Virus record (IMG/VR): IMGVR_UViG_3300043414_000251
Span: 1 to 31,890 of that record
DNA length: 31,890 nucleotides
Direction: 5' to 3' (one strand)
Source: a virus
Taxonomy: Duplodnaviria; Caudoviricetes
Shown here piece after piece: positions 24,476 through 31,890 of the stretch. Position 1 is the first letter of the stretch; each line of letters begins with the position of its first letter. The position numbers and the translations under genes were made by a program. The notes below the pieces were generated by a model. It searched no databases, was not told where the DNA came from, and worked only from the letters and a program-made list of their open reading frames with translations.

Positions 24476-27396
24476 TTCCGTAGTCCTAATGGGTCAGAGG
24501 TGGAAGAAGTTGCACTAAACGCTGTGAAATCTTGACCAAACGCTTTTTTAGCCAAGGCGTCCACTTGTGCTTGCGCCCTATTTATTATTTCTGCATCGCT
24601 TTTTCTATATCCACCAAGTTTATCTTGTGCTTTAGTAAGTTCAACCAGTAATTCTTTATTAGTGGGTTCCTGCGTCAGCTGCGCTTTAAGCATTGATTCT
24701 GCCCGAACAGCGGCTTCGTACTCTTTATTTCCAGCACGGGCGCGTTCAAGCTTAGCTGGTAAGTTTCCTAGTTCTGTGGTTGCGTGTAAAAGCGAGTTCA
24801 TTTGCTGCCCGCTTAGTCTTCCTGCCACTGCTTCTTCGCGCGTTTTATCTTGCAGTTTAGCTACAAATCTTTGCGTAGCTGCCGACGAGTCTGCGGTGTA
24901 CATGGAAGTTTCTTGCTGAATCCTAGCTGATTCAATCATACCTTTACGGGTAATCTGATTGCCTGCAAGACCCGCCCTAGCAGTGCTAAGGTTCACGTTA
25001 AGTTGCATAGCAATTTTTGCAGCTTCTTCTTTTTGCTTTGCAGCTTCATCAAGATATCCAAGTTTTTCTTTGCGATTAGCTTGGCCCAGTTCGTACAGGA
25101 CTTTATCTGCCTCGCCCAAAGCTTTTCTTTGGTCTTTAACATCGGAGATCATGTCAGGAATCTTAGCTTTCAATGCAGTCATACCAGCAACGAGCGTGTT
25201 ACCGGGCGTAGAACCCCACGATGCAAAGAACTCAGCAAGGCGTAGGTGCTTGTTACGCTCAGCTTCTGCTTTGATATCAGCTTTCTGAGCCATAGCGTTT
25301 TTCATGTACTCAGCCTGAGCTTCATTTTTATCAAGCCCCAAAGCTTTGCGTGCTTCTGCATTTTCTGTAACGCGGTCAGCTATTGATTTTTTACCTTCTT
25401 CCCTAGCCCTGTTTACTTCTGCTTGTGCGTCCGCTAAAGGATCAACTTCAGGTGCAGCCGCCGTTGCAGGAGGTACAGTTTGAGGTACGGTAGCAATCCC
25501 TGTTTTTGGCGCAGCGGGCGCAGCGGGCGCAGGCCGAGGCACAGGTTGAGCAGGAGCGGCAGGTTTAGGTTGAGTAGCGGCGGCGGGTTCAGGTTGAGCA
25601 GCGGCAACAGGTTCAGCTTGAGGAGCTTTATAGTTTCTTGCAGCAGCAAGTTCAGCCCCCCTAGGCGAGCGGCGTACAGAAGCAATCCCCGCAGAAGCCG
25701 GGGGAGCTTGGTAATCCCTTGCAGCAGCAAGCTCTGCCTCTCTAGATGAGCGGCGTACAGAAGCAATCCCCGTTGGAGCAGGAGCAGTATCAGCGGCGGG
25801 CGCGATAGAAGCAGCCGCTTCAGGTGGCGTAAAAGTGGGGTCGGTCCTGCTTCTGATGCGGTTCCGTGTATTTTCCATACGCTCTGATAGCGATAGGTTT
25901 TCATTATCAGCGTAGGGGCTAGGCTGTACTTCAGGAAGATACGCGGCTGGATTACGCGGCGTCCGGTTATCAACAGCGGAGGCGGCACGCAGTGCTGCTC
26001 TTTGACGTAATTGTGTGTCAAGCTCGTTTGTACCACTTAACAGATCATCTTCTAAGCCAGATACTATTGGAGTCCTAGGAACTGTTTCTCCTTTTTGGAA
26101 CGCAATAATGCCACCACCAGCATAGTTGGCGTTGTAGTCCACATTGCTTGCATCAGGTTGCGGTTGTGGGACGCTCTCCCGGTTCATACCAGCTTGACGC
26201 TGTCTAAGAATGGCTTGAGCCATGCGTTTAATCTCTGGGCTTGGTGACTCCTTAGCTTCCCGTGCCAAAGACTGGTCGTCCATGTCCATCAGTTGGCTCT
26301 GCACCGAACCGCCCACATCGTAGCGGGGGACAGAAGTAATGCCGCCCGAAGCATATTTAAACTCACTAGGCAACCCACCTTCAGCACCCTTGCCATAGGC
26401 GTTATACAGCGACGCAGCAGAGCCAGCCATACCAATACCTTGAGTGATCGGGTTAGCCTGTGCTTGATATTGCTGAGTTGTGCTAGCTTGCATCGGCAAG
26501 CCACGAATCATGTTAGACATCGTGCCCAACTGCATCAACGGGTACTGTTGAGCGTTAGAGTAATCCTGCATAGCTTGGTTAAGCTTCTGCTGTTCCAACG
26601 ACTGCTGTTGCGCACCCATTTGGTTCTGAAGCCCATAGATGCCTTGCTGTGCTTGCAGTCCTTGCCCTGCCAGCGAAGCTGCTTGACCATAACCAGCCAG
26701 TTGGTTTTGAAGATTCTGGTTGTATTGCTGTTGAGCCGATTGAAACGCTGCTTGGCTTCCTTGCGCTTGAATATCACCCATTTGCTGACCAAGATTTCGC
26801 TCACGTTCAGCACGCATAATGGCATCACGGCTACCACCAAATGCGCCAGCACTAGCAGCTTGTGATTGCTGTTGAACACCCTGCATACCGGACTGACGTG
26901 CAGCTTCACGTTTTTGGATGTCCGTTACATTCTGCATGTACGGAGACATATATCCGCCAACTTGGTTCTGAAACCCACCAACATTGGCTTGCCCAGCAAC
27001 ATCCATAGAGCCTTGAGCGCCTTGTGCAAACTGACCGGGCACTTGCAGCCCTGCAACGCCACGCTGCGCTGCTTCCTGAAGTGGCTGGAACCCAGCTATG
27101 CCTTTACCAGCGTCGTATCCAGTTTGTTTCCCGCTTATAGGATCATAGGTTCCACCATAAGCTTTGTACGGCTGGAACCCAGTAATGTTAAACCCGCCAT
27201 CTCCAGTTGGAGTACCTTGAAACAACTGCTTTTGAGTTGCCCCCAGCATAGTCTCAACATAGGGGCGTGCATACTCAGGGATGTTGCTCTGGTTAACATT
27301 ACTTGTAGTTTGAGTAGGCTGACCCCCACCACCACCCAAAAAAAGTAAGCGACGACCATCTGGGGAGTACCCATTGTGTTTTGATGGGATAATCAT
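24472..27396 (-). CDS. internal virion / DNA ejection (pilot-like) protein (974 aa)
   Basis: GGGGG after a short leader, YMSPYMQNV, AGAFGGSR, Q/G/A-rich N-terminal half, Pro/Ala linker and coiled-coil C-terminus. Confidence 0.75.
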   Translation of the reverse strand: MIIPSKHNGYSPDGRRLLFLGGGGGQPTQTTSNVNQSNIPEYARPYVETMLGATQKQLFQGTPTGDGGFNITGFQPYKAYGGTYDPISGKQTGYDAGKGIAGFQPLQEAAQRGVAGLQVPGQFAQGAQGSMDVAGQANVGGFQNQVGGYMSPYMQNVTDIQKREAARQSGMQGVQQQSQAASAGAFGGSRDAIMRAERERNLGQQMGDIQAQGSQAAFQSAQQQYNQNLQNQLAGYGQAASLAGQGLQAQQGIYGLQNQMGAQQQSLEQQKLNQAMQDYSNAQQYPLMQLGTMSNMIRGLPMQASTTQQYQAQANPITQGIGMAGSAASLYNAYGKGAEGGLPSEFKYASGGITSVPRYDVGGSVQSQLMDMDDQSLAREAKESPSPEIKRMAQAILRQRQAGMNRESVPQPQPDASNVDYNANYAGGGIIAFQKGETVPRTPIVSGLEDDLLSGTNELDTQLRQRAALRAASAVDNRTPRNPAAYLPEVQPSPYADNENLSLSERMENTRNRIRSRTDPTFTPPEAAASIAPAADTAPAPTGIASVRRSSREAELAAARDYQAPPASAGIASVRRSPRGAELAAARNYKAPQAEPVAAAQPEPAAATQPKPAAPAQPVPRPAPAAPAAPKTGIATVPQTVPPATAAAPEVDPLADAQAEVNRAREEGKKSIADRVTENAEARKALGLDKNEAQAEYMKNAMAQKADIKAEAERNKHLRLAEFFASWGSTPGNTLVAGMTALKAKIPDMISDVKDQRKALGEADKVLYELGQANRKEKLGYLDEAAKQKEEAAKIAMQLNVNLSTARAGLAGNQITRKGMIESARIQQETSMYTADSSAATQRFVAKLQDKTREEAVAGRLSGQQMNSLLHATTELGNLPAKLERARAGNKEYEAAVRAESMLKAQLTQEPTNKELLVELTKAQDKLGGYRKSDAEIINRAQAQVDALAKKAFGQDFTAFSATSSTSDPLGLRK
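25622..25772 (-). repeat. Imperfect tandem duplication with 81-nt (27-aa) period, GIASVRRS.R.AELAAAR.Y.AP
   Basis: Copies start at 25622 and 25703 on the + strand and share the exact block GAGCGGCGTACAGAAGCAATCCCCG. Confidence 0.85.
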
Positions 27397-27800
27397 AATT
27401 CAATCCTCATTACTTGATGGGTGACTTTTAACCCAAATTTCTCGTACATGTTAACTAGAGACCCTTTAGCCCATACTTGGGCTTTAGTGGCCCCATGAAG
27501 TTTCATCCACTTATACATTTCTTGAATTACGTGTGGGCGCATGATGCCCTTACCACCCATTAGATTTCCATGCCCAATACGCTCACGGGGAAAATCTATA
27601 AAATCTATAGCAGCTGCTCCAGTAATGCCTTCACCCGGCTCATCCCAAACTACCAAAAATGTACGACCTGTACGAACTGCATACTCAACTTGTTCAATAG
27701 TGATCTCTTGTGGATCAAGATCAATAGCGCGCTGCAACATAGGTGCAGCAACGGGCCATATAGTTGGTAGTTCGCGGGGGTCTACTTGGTAGAGTGGCAT
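27393..27800 (-). CDS. putative GNAT-fold protein of the virion module (135 aa)
   Basis: IWP...P.L..A, L.GG.G, W.K.HGAT......G...MYEKFG pattern; located among ejection-protein genes. Confidence 0.6.
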   Translation of the reverse strand: MPLYQVDPRELPTIWPVAAPMLQRAIDLDPQEITIEQVEYAVRTGRTFLVVWDEPGEGITGAAAIDFIDFPRERIGHGNLMGGKGIMRPHVIQEMYKWMKLHGATKAQVWAKGSLVNMYEKFGLKVTHQVMRIEL

Positions 27801-29314
27801 TATTTAGGTATGTACTTGTTAGGGTTGATTTGCTTACCCTGCTTGGGGTTGCCTGTCCTAGCTTTACGGATTTGAGTCATCATCTCATGAAGCCTCTTTG
27901 CGCCAGCTTCTGTAGAGCCATTGCCTAAGTGCGACACTACGTCAGCGGGAACAACAAATTCTCCATCAGCAAGACGCGCCGGTTGACGATTGTTAATCGT
28001 AGCTGGTATGTTATCACTCATTCCATCTCCGGGGCCACGTAAAAGTCTAGGGTTTCCCCCAGCAGCATAGCCACCAAGGTTGCTAGCGCCCATGATGCCA
28101 CCATGCGCAGCAGCTACGGGTTTAAAATTCAACGTACCCATAGGTGTAGGTTTATTAAACTTAGACTTGGTATCGACGTAGCTGCGACTGTCAAGCTTAG
28201 ATTGGCGTACCATTGCAGCGGTGAGCGGGTCTAAGTACCTAGTGTCGGGGTCATCATCACGAGCAATCTCACCGCGATAAACCGGAAGCTCTTTGTACTT
28301 TGGGTCAATCATGTCAGTGAAATAAGATTCGTCAACCCTACTACCTTTGGCATAGCTAGGAATCTGCGCAATGCCCCCAGCAGCCATCTCGTATTGACGG
28401 GGTGTGTATCGGTAGTCTTCAGGATTAACTTGACGACCTTGGAAGTCAGGCGACATGCGGTACTTAGACAGCGGACCGTTATAAGGCGCAGGCGCATCCA
28501 TGCCTTTTTGATCCAATAGGCCAAGCTTTGACGCACCCATGTAGGCACCGGCAGCGGTTCTATAAGGATTTTTTTCCGCGTAATCAATCACGCTGTTTAA
28601 CCCACGCATAAACGGGCTTTGAGAACTTGTGTATTCTCCAGTAGCAGGGTTGTACTGATAAGCAGATGGGTCTGATGGAACAGGAGGTGTAGCGCCGGGT
28701 ACGTTAGCAGGCATTGTATTAGTAAACCCAGTACCTGTAGACGAGGGATTACTAAATTGTTGCAACCCAGTTGGATTATTAGCACTAATATTAGGATTGC
28801 CAGCCGCGTTGGAATAAGGACTTGCTTGTCCGGGCGTGTAAGTACTTGGAATTGATTCGGTTGGATAATTAAACCCGGGACCAGCAAATTGTTCTGAGCC
28901 GGGTCCATACATGCTAGTCTCCGGTGCAAAATTGGCTGCGCTTTGCATTAGCTCAGGATTTGCCGCCTGCATAATCCCGCTGTTCGCTGCTTCACTTTGA
29001 ACTAGTTCTGCAAGCCCGTTACCATAAAGTTCTGGGTTAGCTAAAAACTCAGACAACCCAGCTTCAGTTCCAAGCGCGCCTAGACCTCCACTTGACCCAA
29101 GCGCGCCTAACCCAGCTTCAGTTCCAAGCACGCCTAGACCCCCAGCAGTGGAGGCAGCTTGAGCGGCGGCGGTAGTAGCGGCGGCGGTTTCAGCAGTGGC
29201 GGCGGCAATAGCGGCGGCTTCAGCAACGGCAGCGGCTTCGGCAGCGGCGGCAATTTCAGCAGCGGTGATGGCTGCGGTGGTAGCTTCAACAGCAAATAGA
29301 GCCATTATTGGCAT
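27800..29314 (-). CDS. internal virion protein (504 aa)
   Basis: Ala-rich N-terminus; C-terminal GPGDGMSDNIPA...ARLADGEFVVPADVVSHLGNGSTEAGAKRL domain seen in phage virion proteins. Confidence 0.75.
   Translation of the reverse strand: MPIMALFAVEATTAAITAAEIAAAAEAAAVAEAAAIAAATAETAAATTAAAQAASTAGGLGVLGTEAGLGALGSSGGLGALGTEAGLSEFLANPELYGNGLAELVQSEAANSGIMQAANPELMQSAANFAPETSMYGPGSEQFAGPGFNYPTESIPSTYTPGQASPYSNAAGNPNISANNPTGLQQFSNPSSTGTGFTNTMPANVPGATPPVPSDPSAYQYNPATGEYTSSQSPFMRGLNSVIDYAEKNPYRTAAGAYMGASKLGLLDQKGMDAPAPYNGPLSKYRMSPDFQGRQVNPEDYRYTPRQYEMAAGGIAQIPSYAKGSRVDESYFTDMIDPKYKELPVYRGEIARDDDPDTRYLDPLTAAMVRQSKLDSRSYVDTKSKFNKPTPMGTLNFKPVAAAHGGIMGASNLGGYAAGGNPRLLRGPGDGMSDNIPATINNRQPARLADGEFVVPADVVSHLGNGSTEAGAKRLHEMMTQIRKARTGNPKQGKQINPNKYIPK
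29055..29140 (-). repeat. 32-nt direct repeat (one mismatch, 54-nt period) encoding GLG(A/V)LGTEAGL
   Basis: 29055-29086 versus 29109-29140. Confidence 0.8.
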
Positions 29315-29646
29315 GATGTATCTCCTACGGGTAGTACTTGTGGAGACTCTAACCCAGTTCCACGCAAGTTATGTAAACAGCAAAGCACAACATTGTCTGT
29401 CAACGCTAAAAACTTATGCCTACATCCAGCTGGGATGGTGATGACCGCTGGGGCATGGTGGTCTCCCGTAACTACATCATCCTGCCATACACGTACCGCC
29501 CCGCTAGAGACCAACGTGATGTGGTCATGGGCATGAACATGTTGAACTACGATTGAGTTAGCCTTATCGACTGTGTAGGCGCGCACCCAGATGTCGTCTA
29601 CCTCGGCAAACTCTACGTAGTTAGGTGGAATTTTTTGTAGTTTCAT
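29305..29646 (-). CDS. cupin-fold protein (113 aa)
   Basis: QHVHAHDHITLVSSGAV (motif 1) and ITIPAGCRHKF (motif 2). Confidence 0.8.
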   Translation of the reverse strand: MKLQKIPPNYVEFAEVDDIWVRAYTVDKANSIVVQHVHAHDHITLVSSGAVRVWQDDVVTGDHHAPAVITIPAGCRHKFLALTDNVVLCCLHNLRGTGLESPQVLPVGDTSCQ

Positions 29647-29649
29647 GTT

Positions 29650-30318
29650 TTATTGAGTTGTGGGTAAAGCAGAAACAAAGCTCATAGTAGCAACTACCGA
29701 AGCTGTTGAGGGTTTGGGTGGTCCGCCTGAAGCCGCGTATGTTTCAACGGTTAGTGTTGCAATAGTAGCCGACCAGTAGATTTCTATATAGTCGTTTGCG
29801 TCCATGGACAAAAAGTAGTTCCAGCCCTTGATGTCATGGGAGGGAACACCAACGCTTTTACGTGCAGGTATTCCTATTTTTCCTGTAGACCCAACGATGT
29901 CCACCCCATTTTGCTTTAGCCAGATAAACATGTCTTGCGGGGCGTTGTCCGAGTTCTGAATCTGCACACTGAACTGCAGGTTATAGATGCCTGCGTATGC
30001 TACGGTAATCTTAGACGAACTAATAGACACTTCATTAGAAAAGTCCGTAGTGGTTAGCTTTAGTAGCGTAGCCGTGTTAGCTATGCCTGTTATGCCGGGA
30101 AGTTGGCTAGTGAAGTCTGAAAACGCGCCATATGGAGCGCTCAAGAACTTACCACCATTGCTTGATAGTAGTGACTGCGTAAAGTTATCTAGCTGGGCAA
30201 AATACAGCCGAAGAATATTATTCTCCGCATCCAGCATAGACTGGTCATACGCAGGTGTAGCTGAAGGTAGCCGGGGGGCTACCGTAGAGCGTAGTGTTAA
30301 TTGACCGGTTGTAGCCAT
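29650..30318 (-). CDS. virion structural protein with a C1q/BclA-like beta-sandwich C-terminus
   Basis: APRLP.A...YDQ....NNILRLYF N-terminus; AGIYNLQFSVQ...IWLKQNG...DYIEIYW C-terminus. Confidence 0.7.
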   Translation of the reverse strand: MATTGQLTLRSTVAPRLPSATPAYDQSMLDAENNILRLYFAQLDNFTQSLLSSNGGKFLSAPYGAFSDFTSQLPGITGIANTATLLKLTTTDFSNEVSISSSKITVAYAGIYNLQFSVQIQNSDNAPQDMFIWLKQNGVDIVGSTGKIGIPARKSVGVPSHDIKGWNYFLSMDANDYIEIYWSATIATLTVETYAASGGPPKPSTASVVATMSFVSALPTTQ

Positions 30319-31890
30319 TATCCACCCCTCCGTCCATCAGGCCGGATATCAATACGAGGAGCGCCTAGCTGCCACTGAGTACCTAATTTATTGCAGGCAA
30401 TTCTCATAGACATTTGACGACCACGAATGCGGATGTTAAGTTGCCCCGTAAAAACGTCGGGGTCTTGCGGGTATACGTACAGGGGAGAAACCCCATCTTT
30501 AGCCGTGTTAACTGTTTGTGTTGCGTTTGAACTAGTACCACCTATTGACTCTGGCACGGTATACGAAGAACCAGAGTTTTGCAAAGGTTGAAGCTGTATG
30601 GTTAGCTCTGGATAAGAACCATCAGTAGACCCGTTAAAAGTTAAATCTGGCAACATACGCCACACAAACGCAAAGTTGTGTCCATCCCCAATATCAAACT
30701 GGGAAGTAGTGATTGACGAATTTATAGCAACCCCCGTTAGGCTGTCAGTACAGTCATCTACGCCTTTTTCATGGTAGACCAAGTTTCTGGAGTACGTAGC
30801 TGCAATGGGATAAGGTCTTAGAGACGAGTCAAGCCACGCTGTACGAGCCATTGAACCGTAGCTCCAAACATTTTCCTCATAGTTGTACACCACGTAACGG
30901 TTGATTGTAGGACTACCCTCCGTGCAATAGAACCACCAAACTTCATTAAAGCCTTCGTTGGTACTTGCAAAAATTTGCCCAAATTGATCGCGGTTAATGT
31001 CGTTGTAGATAAACCTAAGCAAGTCGCAACGCAGCGTTTGAACCCGACCATCGTACTTGTAAAACTTATCCTGACCCATCCAGTAAGCTGTACCAATTGT
31101 AAAAACCGCTGCATTAATACTAACAATAGAAATGTTGTCAGACAGAATCTGAGAACCCCAAACGTAAGGCGCACCTAAATACTGAAGCGAGTAAAGTGCT
31201 GCGTCGGAGAAAACCAAAATTTCTTGGCGAGCTTGTAGCACTGCTTGAATAGCAGAGCCGTGGGAAAGTCTAAGGCCTCCAGCTTGATTTGTAGCCGCAG
31301 GCGTCCAATTAGTTAAACTTTCTTGGTCAGACCAGCGTATTACCATAGGGTCGTAGGTTGTACTGAGGTACTCGTTAGTCCCAAAAGCAAAGGTAAACCG
31401 GCTAGCGTCAGACACAAGCAAAGTATTTTGAGTTAAAGGTACATTGGAAGCGCCGGTTAAACTAGATACAGCAATACCTCGGCCTGAAATTGCTTGAGTA
31501 CCAACACCAGCGGAAGATGTTTTTATTACAGTTACTGCGCCCATCGTAGTAGCAGATACTGCGCCACCTATACTGACTATATAAGTGCCAACCCCGCCCG
31601 TCCCCGTAGTGCCACCACTACCAAACGCCGCTATAAAACCAAGGGATAATTGATTATTTCCTGTCCCGGTGTAGTAGTAGACCGACATACCAACTGCCAG
31701 AGTACCGGTAACAGAAATTACAGTCAACGTCGTTCCTGCGCAGCTAGCAAACGGATAAATAACTGTTGACCCTACGGATAAGTTAAACGTAGTTAAAGTT
31801 AAATACCGTGTGTAATATACAGTGTACGGAGCCAAAAGAGCCGGTAACGCAGCTACTGTGGGCGCAGTAGCCGTAGTCTCAAACATGATG
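30318..31890 (-). CDS. tail hub / packaged-DNA stabilisation protein (P22 gp10-like); 5' end lies outside the window
   Basis: DPMVIRWSDQE...W.P..TNQAG..RL..GS.I, YWMG...FY.YDG.VQ.L.C, FNEVWWFY, RGRQ...R.DGRR motifs. The frame stays open to the window edge. Confidence 0.8.
   Translation of the reverse strand, partial: IMFETTATAPTVAALPALLAPYTVYYTRYLTLTTFNLSVGSTVIYPFASCAGTTLTVISVTGTLAVGMSVYYYTGTGNNQLSLGFIAAFGSGGTTGTGGVGTYIVSIGGAVSATTMGAVTVIKTSSAGVGTQAISGRGIAVSSLTGASNVPLTQNTLLVSDASRFTFAFGTNEYLSTTYDPMVIRWSDQESLTNWTPAATNQAGGLRLSHGSAIQAVLQARQEILVFSDAALYSLQYLGAPYVWGSQILSDNISIVSINAAVFTIGTAYWMGQDKFYKYDGRVQTLRCDLLRFIYNDINRDQFGQIFASTNEGFNEVWWFYCTEGSPTINRYVVYNYEENVWSYGSMARTAWLDSSLRPYPIAATYSRNLVYHEKGVDDCTDSLTGVAINSSITTSQFDIGDGHNFAFVWRMLPDLTFNGSTDGSYPELTIQLQPLQNSGSSYTVPESIGGTSSNATQTVNTAKDGVSPLYVYPQDPDVFTGQLNIRIRGRQMSMRIACNKLGTQWQLGAPRIDIRPDGRRGG

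Noticed and set aside
25434-26036. 200-aa same-strand alternative-frame ORF within the 974-aa gene
   Set aside because: Leu/Arg-rich shadow of a Pro/Ala repeat region. Unlike the intein-nested ORF, it shows no family motifs.
1-31890. Stop-codon reassignment
   Set aside because: Coding density is high under the standard code, and TAA, TAG and TGA all end genes at sensible junctions.

Overview
A 31.9-kb segment of a tailed dsDNA phage genome, probably short-tailed (podovirus-like), made of two convergent arms. The + strand arm (1-17318) carries hypothetical early genes, a VRR-NUC nuclease, a DUF3310 protein, a family A DNA polymerase (Leu762 type) interrupted by an intein, a run of tiny translationally coupled genes with repeated junction motifs, a Cas4-like PD-(D/E)XK nuclease, a small HNH protein, an SNF2-like helicase, a putative SSB, an HTH protein and a primase/DUF927-type helicase. 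The - strand arm (17315-31890) carries virion genes: a gp10-like tail hub, a cupin, a GNAT-like protein, internal/ejection proteins and a 2386-aa polyvalent protein. The standout observation is the polymerase intein (4812-5645). It has no recognisable endonuclease in its own frame, but a complete HNH-type homing endonuclease gene with its own Shine-Dalgarno sequence lies inside it in a different reading frame (about 4910-5620), making about 710 nt dual-coding. Two candidate structured non-coding RNAs lie at about 10822-10932 and 14194-14259. All family calls come from recognising motifs by eye; no searches were run.
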